NCBI GenBank assembly: GCA_964447495.1
Contig: CAYUTF010000005.1
Location: 9,509 to 73,508 of the forward strand
Reading direction: 5' to 3'
Source of the DNA: an uncultured archaeon
GTDB lineage: Archaea > Asgardarchaeota > Lokiarchaeia > Sigyniarchaeales > SOKP01
Length of the DNA stretch: 64,000 bases
Numbering within the stretch: position 1 is the stretch's first letter; every line of letters begins with the position of its first letter. Below the pieces are notes generated by a model that saw nothing but the letters and a program-made list of their open reading frames with translations, was not told the DNA's origin and searched no databases. Both the position numbers and the translations under genes were made by a program. Positions 11,096 through 20,518 of the stretch are shown here, in pieces.

Positions 11096-12226
11096 TTAAC
11101 CTTCGATTGTTTTCATAAATTTTTCCCTTCTGTTATGTTTATTTTGAGAAAAAGCAGCAATGAGTTCCTTCATTTTTTGTTTCCGATCTTCATTAAGATC
11201 TAATTTTTTAATTATCCCGCTATTTAATGCCTTTTCAAATATCTCCTTTCCCTTTTTAGTTCTTGGAATAACAGTAGTATATTTCTCTATTGAGCCGAGC
11301 CCTCCAAAAGAAATATCTGAATAAATGTTTGTAAAGTCTGCGCATGCATTACAGGCGGGACGCATATAGGGTGCTAAATGATTAAAAGGAACATGAATTA
11401 CCCTGTTCCCTACATTTGGATCCTTTAAGGTGAAAATTACGTCTTCTTTAATATTTATCTTAATAATATCTCTAAAATTTATGTTAAAATCCTTTTCAAA
11501 CTTTTTAATTTGGGATTTTTCAAAGAAAAAATTTTCATAACAAAATAGACCTAAACATACCTCTATATTTTGCGATGGTGTGACTCCTAAATCTTTCATA
11601 CACGCAATTGTATAGAGTTGACACGGTGTTCCTACCACCGCCAGCTTTTTAAATTTATAATGATTCAACTCAGGAATGGAATGAGTATAAGTGCTAAACT
11701 TTTGAATTTCATCTAATTGGGGAGTAATATCTAACTTTGCTCCTGAAGCTTTTAGTAGATCAGATTTACAATCTGCAAAAGTCGCTTCCCTTGAAAATGG
11801 AGCTTCGGTTTTCGATACTACCGCACCCTCAACCATCTTATTTTTGATTAAAAAGTAAAGGATTGAGTTCACCACACCTCCATCAGTGCCGTACTCTAGG
11901 AATTCCTTATCAGTGGCTTGACAAGAATAAATATCATCATAGTTTCCTAAAGGCATGGAAGAAAAATCAGTAAATCCATAAGTTTTATTCAGCTGGTCAT
12001 CTAATATATGAGTTTGAGGACAAATATAATAACAGATACCACACTCTAAGCACTTATCTTTATTAATATACACTGGTGGCTTATATTCGTCTTTAAAACC
12101 GATAACATCAAATTCTGCTGAACTACAAAAGCTCACACAGCCTCCACATTCTTGACATATTCCCTTTTCGTGTACCTCTTTTATGAGATCTTCAAAAGTT
12201 TTTGTACTCATGATAGATTTATTCAC
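11096..12226 (-). CDS. Coenzyme F420 hydrogenase/dehydrogenase beta-subunit (FrhB/FdhB family) with N-terminal ferredoxin
   Basis: CQECGGCVSFC, CLECGICYYICP, DGGVV, VGTPCQ, GLFC, CNACADFT. Confidence 0.9.
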   Translation of the reverse strand: MNKSIMSTKTFEDLIKEVHEKGICQECGGCVSFCSSAEFDVIGFKDEYKPPVYINKDKCLECGICYYICPQTHILDDQLNKTYGFTDFSSMPLGNYDDIYSCQATDKEFLEYGTDGGVVNSILYFLIKNKMVEGAVVSKTEAPFSREATFADCKSDLLKASGAKLDITPQLDEIQKFSTYTHSIPELNHYKFKKLAVVGTPCQLYTIACMKDLGVTPSQNIEVCLGLFCYENFFFEKSQIKKFEKDFNINFRDIIKINIKEDVIFTLKDPNVGNRVIHVPFNHLAPYMRPACNACADFTNIYSDISFGGLGSIEKYTTVIPRTKKGKEIFEKALNSGIIKKLDLNEDRKQKMKELIAAFSQNKHNRREKFMKTIEG

Positions 12227-13727
12227 TTAGATTTCTTATTTTATCATAGGGACTCTTACAATTATTTCGTTTAGTACCCCCAATTTTTTCCACTAAAAAT
12301 AACCCAGGCTTGACTTCTTTGAGGCTTTTAGATTCAATATCTCCATTTTTCACTAACTCATTATAGATAGTGTCCGCCTCTTTGGTCCGCGTAATTACTG
12401 AAGACCACCCATCTTGAGACCCAATGGAGCCTACTGAAAAGTCTGCATAATCGGATGTTAAATCCTCACAATAATGGCAACTGTCCCGAGCATATTTCTT
12501 TACCTCTTTGAGTGGAACATCTAATTGCTCTCCAGATTTTAATCGAATGATAAACTTTCCACCTCCAATATTCATCTTAGTCAATTCATTAATATCCTTG
12601 TCGAATTGTTCCTTAGCTAGTTGAATGATTCCCTCATATGGAAATGATTCCATACAGAAGAGCCCTATCTTGTATTTAATATTTTTAAAGAACGGAAGTC
12701 CGCTCGGAAAAAGAGTACCTTTCTCTAAAGCCTTCATCATACAAGGAACCCCTACAAAAGCAATTTTTTCATACTTTTTTGCCTGATCGATGATCGACAA
12801 GGACGGAGAATTCGCATATTTCGTGCCCGCCGTCTTATAGAGTTCCTTCACATTCTCAATAATTACCGGTTCTGGTTTCCATAGTTGATCTGAATGTTGT
12901 ACTGCAATTACTGCATCAACAAGGTTTTTTTTCAATAAATATTCGGCGATGGTAGTAACGATCCCTCCATCTTGACGTACTTTTATGATCTCGTCATTCT
13001 TTGTGCTTCCCGAATAGGTGCCAATATACCCTCCAATTTTATCTGACCAATTCAAATTTTTATCTAACTTCTTAATCGCTTCATTCATTTGGTCTATAGA
13101 AAAGGAACGAGGGCAGACTGTAAAGCATAACCCACACTTCATGCATACATTATCGTCGATTTTAAGCGTATTCGCATCAACCTCGATCGCATTTACAGGA
13201 CATATGGCAGCACACCAACCGCATTGACAGCACGCACCAGCATCATATACGATGGAAACGGGTTCAAAATAGTGTTCAATAAAAGCGGGTTCAAGTTCTT
13301 TAACTTGATATCGATAAAAATACTCTTTTACCTCGACTTCCTTCTCTTCTCCTTTAATTTTTTTAGTGACCTTTTTGATTTTTACTTCAACAAGTTCCTT
13401 TACATATCCCTGCTCTTTTAAGTATATCACATCTCGGATAACATTTTCTGGGGGAAATTCCTTGATAACATCCATAATCTCTTCTAAAAATAAGGGTTCT
13501 TTGCCTCTTAAATACTCTAAGACGATTTTACGCTCCGTTTCAGCATCAACCATAGCATCCAAAATTGCATAGTATTCTTGTTCCCCATATTTTCCTGCTT
13601 CAAGAATTTCGTCCTTAGCTTCATAGAAAGCGCGGATCTGAAAGTTCTTTGACGCTTCATAGGTGGCATCCATCAATTCTTTGGGAGACACCCCTTCAAA
13701 TAACTTACTATTTACTATTTGAACCAT
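12219..13727 (-). CDS. FrhB/FdhB-family F420-interacting subunit with an extra N-terminal helical/wHTH-like region
   Basis: CCQCGWCAAICP, CMKCGLCFTVCP, RQDGGIVT, AGTKY, VGVPC, GLFCMESF, CHYCEDLT, SVGSIG. Confidence 0.9.
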   Translation of the reverse strand: MVQIVNSKLFEGVSPKELMDATYEASKNFQIRAFYEAKDEILEAGKYGEQEYYAILDAMVDAETERKIVLEYLRGKEPLFLEEIMDVIKEFPPENVIRDVIYLKEQGYVKELVEVKIKKVTKKIKGEEKEVEVKEYFYRYQVKELEPAFIEHYFEPVSIVYDAGACCQCGWCAAICPVNAIEVDANTLKIDDNVCMKCGLCFTVCPRSFSIDQMNEAIKKLDKNLNWSDKIGGYIGTYSGSTKNDEIIKVRQDGGIVTTIAEYLLKKNLVDAVIAVQHSDQLWKPEPVIIENVKELYKTAGTKYANSPSLSIIDQAKKYEKIAFVGVPCMMKALEKGTLFPSGLPFFKNIKYKIGLFCMESFPYEGIIQLAKEQFDKDINELTKMNIGGGKFIIRLKSGEQLDVPLKEVKKYARDSCHYCEDLTSDYADFSVGSIGSQDGWSSVITRTKEADTIYNELVKNGDIESKSLKEVKPGLFLVEKIGGTKRNNCKSPYDKIRNLSE

Positions 13728-13787
13728 TGAGTCTTCATTTTAAATTTTTTTCTTAAAAAATCTAATTTTTACTACTATTTTCCAACT

Positions 13788-13857
13788 AGCTCCCTCCTGA
13801 GCAAGGAGTGTTATCTTATAACCAAAATTTTCTTATAAGAATCATTCAATGGGAGCT
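13788..13857 (-). promoter_or_regulatory. Candidate SECIS-like RNA element
   Basis: Minus-strand RNA AGCUCC(C)..AUGAU-UCUUAUAA-GAAAAUUUUGG-UUAUAAGA-UAAC-A-CUCCU-UGCUC-AGGAG-GGAGCU, immediately 3' of two genes with in-frame UGA; 3' core non-canonical (AA rather than GA). Confidence 0.55.
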
Positions 13858-14288
13858 GATACTAATTCTTTGTTACCTTCTGTCAAATTAATCGGATTGG
13901 GACCAATTCTACTAATCTTTTCATACGCATCTTCAACACTTTTTACTAATTTTTCTGCTTCTGCACTACTACACCAATACATATTCGCTCGTTGATTACC
14001 AAAACCTCGTTTTTCAAGTATCCTGTTAGCAAGATCTATATGTTTTTGAGCTGTGAAATTACCGGCTTTAAATTGACACTCATTAGGTCTTCATCCTACA
14101 ACCATTACTCCATCTGCACCTGTTTTAATCGCAAATAAAATATGCTTTACATCAACTCTCCCTGTGCATTTTACTTTGATTATTTTCACATCAGGAGTAT
14201 ATTTAAACCGCGAGACTCCTGCTAAATCTGCGGCACCATAACCTCATTTTAAGCATGCAAACATGATAATCTTATATTTATGTTCCAT
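13842..14288 (-). CDS. mvhD: Selenoprotein MvhD/VhuD (2 Sec: codons 15 and 66), 148 aa; absent from the ORF track
   Basis: Manual translation [30 protein letters not shown]...VKCTGRVD...GADGVMVVG-U-RPNECQFKAGN...WCSSAEAEK...IGPNP; TGA at 14246-14244 and 14093-14091 match the Cys of CNWC and GCHIGDC in the Cys paralogue. Confidence 0.93.
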
Positions 14289-16230
14289 TTTCTGCGCCTC
14301 CTTGTATAATTGCTTCAATTTCAGCATATAATTGATAATCCCTATAATACTTTATATCAATTGCTTGAGTTGGACAACAAGATGCACATATACCACATCC
14401 GTCGCAATTAATGTCATCAACAACCGCTTTATTATCTTTAATAGTTATGGCTCCTTTAGGACATTCCTTTTCACATCGCCCACATGAAATACATAAATCA
14501 GGGTTAATTTCAGCAATTATCAATTCAAGATCAATTTCACCTGAGGATGTTAGCTCAACTACTTTACTAGCAGCAGCTCTCGCTTGAGATACTGAATAAG
14601 CAATATCTTTTGGTCCCTGTGCAAATCCTGCGATAAATATCCCTTTTGTTTTCGTTTCTTGCGGCATTAATCCAAAATGCGATTCTGTCAAAAAACCATT
14701 TTTATCGACATCTAAATTTAGTACTTTGGCAATTTGCTGAGTTCCGCGAGAAGGGAGTGCTGCAGTTGATAAGACCACTAAATCTGCATCAATTTTAATA
14801 ATTTCATCAGTTAGAGAAGAATAAACCCTTATTTCAACATTTTTGGTATCAGGGTTTTCTGTAATGCCACCAACTTTTCCACGAATCATCCGAATATCTG
14901 AATCTTTTGCCCGTTGGTAATATTCTTCGAATCCTTTTTCATTGGTTCTAATGTCAATATAACAGATCGTTATATTAGCGTCGAGTATTTCCTCTTTAAG
15001 TAATTTTGCATTTTTGAGAGCCAGCATACAACATACTCCGCTACAATAAGTCCTTTCGGTGTCACGGCTGCCAACACATTGGATAAATACAATCTCTTTT
15101 GGTTTTTTTAAATCAGATATTCGAGCGATGTGACCTTCTAATGGACCGTTCGGTGCTAACATTCTCTCAAGTTGGGCTTGATTTATAACATTATCATACT
15201 CACCATATCCATACTCACCCATAGGCTCATATATGTCCCACCCTGTAGCAATTATTATAGACCCTACTTTAAAATTTACCTCTTCTGGCACTTGGCTAAA
15301 ATCTATGGCATTTAGCTCACAAACATCAACACAACTGAAGCATTCAACACAAGTATCTCTATGAATATCATATAAAAAAGGTACCGCTTGACCAAATGCT
15401 ATATCAATTGTTTTCCGAACCCCAAGATGTTCGTCAAAATAATTGGTTATGAACACTGGGCAGACCTCCGAACATGCTCCACACCCATTACAATCATTAT
15501 TAATGAATCGGGGCATCTTTTCTACCGTGATTTCATAATTTCCGACATATCCCTTAACGTTTCTAACAAAACTATAGCTCAATAGTTCTATATTTTCATG
15601 ACGGTTAACTTCTAACATCTTAGGACCACATATTCAGATGCTACAGTCATCTGTTGGAAATGTTCTGTCCAATTGAGCCATTCTTCCACCAATTGTAGTA
15701 TTTTTATCAACTAAATATACCTTAATTCCCTGATTCGCTAAGTCTAAGGCAGCATTCATCCCTGCAATACCTCCACCAACAATTAAACATGCTTTTTCTA
15801 TTGGAACTGTTCTTATAGGTATTATCTCTAAAGTTTTAGCTCTTTCTATACCGCTTTTGACTAAAATTTTTGCTTTTTCTGTTGCTTCCTCTTTATCAGC
15901 GGTACACCAACTGCAATGTTCTCTTACATTAACCATCTGGAAGTAATAGGGGCTTAAATCCGTTTTTGAAATTGAAGCCCGATATATGGGTTCATGTGTC
16001 CTTGGAGTTCACGCAGACGCAACTACTCTCGTTAATTTCTTTTCTTGAATATCTTGGATTATTTCATTTTGTCCACTTTCAGTGCAAAGGAATGCATTAG
16101 TTTTGGCAACCACTACGTCATCAAAAGTTTTAGCAAATTCAACAAGTTCATTACAATCAACTTTACTTCGAATATTTATGCCTCATTGACACGCGTAAAA
16201 ACCAATCCGATGCTGGGTAGTTTTTTCCAT
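14278..16230 (-). CDS. hdrA: Selenoprotein HdrA (3 Sec: codons 16, 74, 199), 650 aa; split into fragments in the ORF track
   Basis: Single frame from ATG 16230: RIGFYACQ-U-GINI, VVASA-U-TPRTHE, PTDDCSI-U-ICGPKM; TGA at 16185-16183, 16011-16009 and 15636-15634, each aligning to a Cys of the paralogue ([27 protein letters not shown]); GAGGTGA SD-like motif upstream. Confidence 0.93.
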
Positions 16231-16683
16231 CTTTTTGAGTTTTCTCACCTCATTTTTTACATTAATGTCTAAATATCCGAATCTATAAAAGTTTTTCACC
16301 TTTAGATCAATTTCTTTAATATAACTATTTTTATAGTTCGAATATATGAATGTTTTAAATTTCTATATTAATCATTTACATTTTAATGATATTTATACTT
16401 ATTAATTTATTTATTATACCTTATCCGTTATTCTTTAAATGTTATTTTACAGAATGGAAAATTTTGCAATATATTGATTAACTCCAGATTGAAAAGTAAC
16501 ATTTATTTAAAGCAATTCATCATGACAAAAATCAATGTTTAATCCTAAAAATAAGAGATCTTATAATTTATATCAATGAGATTTTAAAAGTTGAAAATCT
16601 AAATATAAATAGCTATAAATTAGTGAGAATTTTTTTTTTTATTTCTTGTATTTAATATCAGTAATTAGATTCTTAGAAATCAT

Positions 16684-17718
16684 ATGATAAGAAAAGTCCT
16701 TATAAAGTATATTATCATTCTTATTGTGTTATGTTTGCCTCTATTTGGATTGGTTGGACTAATAATTAGTAGAAATATTATTACTCCAAATGATACATTT
16801 TTTGTAATCAGTAAGGGTGAAACTCCAGATATTAACATCATTAGTTGGAGGTTGAGAGTGGAGGGTCAGGTTAATAATAGTTTACTCCTTGATTATTCTA
16901 GTTTAATATCACAACCATCAACAGAGGTTGTTGCTACTCTACAGTGTGTAGAAGGGCCGTCTGGAACCGCATTATGGAAAGGAATATTAATTAGAGAATT
17001 ATTGGATTTAGCAGAAGTAAAAGGAAATGTGGTTGATGTGGTTTTTTATGCTGCAGATGGTTATTCGTCATCTCTCACTATTGAAGAAATAAATAATGAT
17101 GATGTTCTATTAGCATATGAAATGAATGGCGAACCTTTACCAGCAGAACAAGGTTATCCCCTTAGAGTTGTTGCTCCTAACCATTTAGGATATAAATGGG
17201 TGAAATGGGTTGTAAGAGTAGAGGTAGTCGATTATGATTATATAGGTTTTTGGGAGAGCCGAGGATGGAATGATGATGCATACAGTACTCCTTTTTCAAA
17301 TTGGATTATACATGCTTTATTGCTGGCAATCTCTTTCATTTTTGGAGGATTTGCTGTAATATCGGGATTAAAAAGATCTCCAATTACAAATTATTTTCGC
17401 GATCTTCCCAAATTCTTCAATGTAAAGTTTCATATAACGGTTTCTATAATGTATTTCCTAATATCTATAGGTACATTCTCTTATTGGATTATATCAACGA
17501 TTTTAAACCGAGGAGCGGTATTTTTCACCATCCATGGGTTATTAGCCTTACTCTCTATTATATTGTTAATACCAGGCGTAATTACAGGCATAAAAAAGAA
17601 AAAGAAAAGAAACCCGAATAAAAAGACATGGCATTATAAATGGACCATGAATTCTATTTATGTATTTTTATCTACTATTATTTTAGGCTTCTTATTGGCA
17701 TTTACTGGGTTATTTTGA
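16684..17718 (+). CDS. Sulfite-oxidase-family molybdopterin oxidoreductase fused to a C-terminal 4-TM His-containing (cytochrome b-like) domain
   Basis: WRLRVEG, LQCVEG (Mo-ligand Cys), ADGYSSS, LAYEMNGEPLPAEQGYPLR, GYKWVKWV, GFWESRG; four His associated with four TM helices. Confidence 0.85.
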   Translation: MIRKVLIKYIIILIVLCLPLFGLVGLIISRNIITPNDTFFVISKGETPDINIISWRLRVEGQVNNSLLLDYSSLISQPSTEVVATLQCVEGPSGTALWKGILIRELLDLAEVKGNVVDVVFYAADGYSSSLTIEEINNDDVLLAYEMNGEPLPAEQGYPLRVVAPNHLGYKWVKWVVRVEVVDYDYIGFWESRGWNDDAYSTPFSNWIIHALLLAISFIFGGFAVISGLKRSPITNYFRDLPKFFNVKFHITVSIMYFLISIGTFSYWIISTILNRGAVFFTIHGLLALLSIILLIPGVITGIKKKKKRNPNKKTWHYKWTMNSIYVFLSTIILGFLLAFTGLF

Positions 17719-17733
17719 TTATATTAAAAAATT

Positions 17734-18435
17734 TTATTTAGGTTTTAACTCTTCTTTATTAAAAACAATAAGGGAGAGAGGTATAATCCAAGCGAGGATC
17801 GAAAATAATAACATCCATTCCCATAATGGATTACTAACCATAAGGAAAATGATAATAGTAGTTAGAGGGCCCAATATACCATATAAACCAAGCAATTTTG
17901 GAATATTTGTATTAAAAAGTATGATTACCCACCCCATGAAAAATGCTCCTAAAGTAAAGCCGCCAAAAGCTAAGCTTGATGTAATGGTATGAAGATTATA
18001 ATAATTACGATTTTCACTAAAAATGCCAACCCCAATATAGCCTACACTTCCAATTAAATTGAAAAGGAACGCGGAACTCACTAATCGATATCTCATACGA
18101 GAAAAGTGAATCTGAGGCCCTTTTCTCTTTGGTAAAGGAGCTAAAAGATTTTCCATATAAAATGTAAATGGAATTGTAAATGTCCCTGCCACAATACAAG
18201 CAATATCATACAAATATGGAGCAGGTGTATGAGGACTACCTCCCAGATCGCTAATCCAATTTGTCAGAATCGAATAACCGTCAGGATCTGATAGTGCAGC
18301 TACAATAATACCGATAATTATTAGAGGTATATAGATAATAATGACCGTTGAAGTAAAGATTCTTACCATCCTATAATTAATGATATTATTGAATATTTTC
18401 TCTCTTAAATTATTAATTTTTACTCTGAGTCTCAA
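17734..18435 (-). CDS. DUF998-like membrane protein
   Basis: YSILTNWISDLG motif, GVGIFSE, LH, WEW; 5-6 TM. Confidence 0.7.
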   Translation of the reverse strand: MRLRVKINNLREKIFNNIINYRMVRIFTSTVIIIYIPLIIIGIIVAALSDPDGYSILTNWISDLGGSPHTPAPYLYDIACIVAGTFTIPFTFYMENLLAPLPKRKGPQIHFSRMRYRLVSSAFLFNLIGSVGYIGVGIFSENRNYYNLHTITSSLAFGGFTLGAFFMGWVIILFNTNIPKLLGLYGILGPLTTIIIFLMVSNPLWEWMLLFSILAWIIPLSLIVFNKEELKPK

Positions 18436-18525
18436 ACTAATCTGTTTTTAATAGAAATTAGATTATATCAATATTAGTCTTTATAGTATAAAAAATATCT
18501 TAATCCATAAACAAATTACTTCATA

Positions 18526-20436
18526 TTATTCTATTTCTCCAAGAAAAAGCTCTATAATAACAGACCATTTTTGGTTAGTATACTCGTCTTTAACATATTC
18601 AAGTAGTTCTTTACCTTTATTAAAATTAGTTAATGCCAAATCTTGATTTCCCACTGTATGGTAACATATTCCCAGTTTGATGTATGTTTGATAGATATAC
18701 CATTCATTTTGCCCTAAAACAAGAACTTTTAAGAATTTTTTAATAGCTCCTGAATAATCTTCAAAATACATCAAAATTTCTCCATAACTATCGAAATTAA
18801 ATGCATTTTCTGGCTCAATTTCGATTAAATTTTCAATGATTTTAATGGCATCCTCTTTTTTATCTATACATTTAAGCCAATGTGCCTTATAGTTCTTAAG
18901 TTGATTATTTTCAGGAAATCTCCTAACTAAATCTTCAATTATCTCTAACCCCGCTTCTAGATTCTTCATTTTCTTTAATATGGATGCCTTTTTCATCTGT
19001 AGATCGATTTCTTTATCGGGGAATATGTCCAAAATCTCTTCTAATAAACTCAATACCAAATTATATTGATTAAAATAAATTAGAGTACTTAGTTTCATAT
19101 TATATAAATCATAATTCAAAGGCTCTGATTCAAGAGCTCTATCGATCTCATCGATTTTTTCCTCATATTGATCTCGGAGTTCGTGGGGAGCTTCTTGTTC
19201 AAAAACTTCTGCAATATTCTGCCATATAATCTGTTCTATCTTATCATATGAATCTTTTATTTCTTTTTCACTTTCTATCTTATATGTAAGATATTGTATA
19301 TAGCTTGGAAGTAATTCTCGTAGCGCTTCTTCAAAATCATTATGAATTATTGTTCCGCAAGATTCATCTATTATTGCTTGTACGACCTCATCAATAATGT
19401 TTTTAGCTATATGATCCTTTTTAAATGATTGTAATTCATTTATGTAGGTAAAATTAGCAATGTGCTCTTGGGTTATAATCCTCAACATTTTTTCTAACTT
19501 TTCACCTGTCTGAAGATAATAAACCTTTCCAGAAGGGCTTTTTAACTCAAAAAATCGAACAGGATAAATCTTTCCCTCACAGATTTCCGTTAGATAATAA
19601 TCCAAAGTAGTTAGCTTAATTTTATAAAGTTTTGAAAATTCTTCTCGGGATATATGTTCAAGATATCGATTAGGATTATTCATTGCGAAATAGAGTAATA
19701 TCTTATGAAAACTTTCTTCATTTTTCAACAAGGGTTTTACTTTATCGTAACTAAATTCCAACAACATTTTAAGAAACTGTATTTGAATTTGTTTATCGTC
19801 GATACGGTATTTATTGAAAAAAGCTAGTATATTATCCGTCATCTCCCGCATTCGCTTAGTTTCTTCATCTAAGATTGTCTGTCGGTCTAAATCGTAGTTC
19901 TCCAGCATTTTAGAATATTCATTTTTTCCTGAAGGGGTAATTATATATTTAGTGTCTTGTTTTATTATAAATCCTTTTTTAATTAAATTATTCAGACTTT
20001 TTGATAAAGATGATTGATTAATAGAGAGTGGAATTTGAAAGAAATCGCTTCTTTTGCAATATTGATTGTTATACACCATCCAAAGTATCCAATGATCATA
20101 ATTACGTCCACTTTTTAATATCACTCGTGGAGGATAATTTAGCGTTCGAACCTTCTTTTTTGCACTAGAAAGGTCGTTATATTTCTTCTTGCCCTCTGGA
20201 GTGATCTTGTATAACCCTCTTGAAATTTTATTGACGTAATCTAAAGTTATTAACCTTTTTAAATGTCTTGATAATGTTCCTCCAGGGATTTTAATTGGAT
20301 TTTCATTAAAATCAGCCCATGAGCAACTCTCATTGTTGTTCAACATCCATAAAATAAGATGATCATAATCCGGACTTTTTTCACTCGAAGGATCATAAAT
20401 ATTTGTTGGAGGATAATTTATATTTTCTGTTGACAT
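18526..20436 (-). CDS. Tandem winged-HTH + C-terminal TPR protein (putative transcription regulator)
   Basis: Internal duplication NYPP..YDH.ILWM..NN..C...DF...P..I....LS..L..LI...Y.ITP.GK; TPR helices (FDSYGEILMYFEDYSGAIKKF). Confidence 0.75.
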   Translation of the reverse strand: MSTENINYPPTNIYDPSSEKSPDYDHLILWMLNNNESCSWADFNENPIKIPGGTLSRHLKRLITLDYVNKISRGLYKITPEGKKKYNDLSSAKKKVRTLNYPPRVILKSGRNYDHWILWMVYNNQYCKRSDFFQIPLSINQSSLSKSLNNLIKKGFIIKQDTKYIITPSGKNEYSKMLENYDLDRQTILDEETKRMREMTDNILAFFNKYRIDDKQIQIQFLKMLLEFSYDKVKPLLKNEESFHKILLYFAMNNPNRYLEHISREEFSKLYKIKLTTLDYYLTEICEGKIYPVRFFELKSPSGKVYYLQTGEKLEKMLRIITQEHIANFTYINELQSFKKDHIAKNIIDEVVQAIIDESCGTIIHNDFEEALRELLPSYIQYLTYKIESEKEIKDSYDKIEQIIWQNIAEVFEQEAPHELRDQYEEKIDEIDRALESEPLNYDLYNMKLSTLIYFNQYNLVLSLLEEILDIFPDKEIDLQMKKASILKKMKNLEAGLEIIEDLVRRFPENNQLKNYKAHWLKCIDKKEDAIKIIENLIEIEPENAFNFDSYGEILMYFEDYSGAIKKFLKVLVLGQNEWYIYQTYIKLGICYHTVGNQDLALTNFNKGKELLEYVKDEYTNQKWSVIIELFLGEIE

Positions 20437-20518
20437 AACATCACAAAATTGAGATCTATTAAATTATATATCAATTAATGCTTTATTTATAGTTTCTGTT
20501 GGAATTTTCACATAGTTA

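Noticed and set aside
13670-13740. Second possible SECIS (AUGAAGAC…UUCAAAUAG/UUAUUUGAA) over the frhB start
   Set aside because: No 3' GA core, and it lies within coding sequence; weaker than the 13788-13857 candidate
15634-15936. Separate 100-aa and 446-aa HdrA fragment genes in the ORF track
   Set aside because: They are in-frame parts of one Sec-containing gene
13842-16230. Interpretation as hdrA/mvhD pseudogenes or as genome-wide UGA reassignment
   Set aside because: All five interruptions are TGA at conserved Cys positions with no frameshifts; TGA is a normal stop elsewhere (e.g. 6736-6734) and Trp is encoded by TGG
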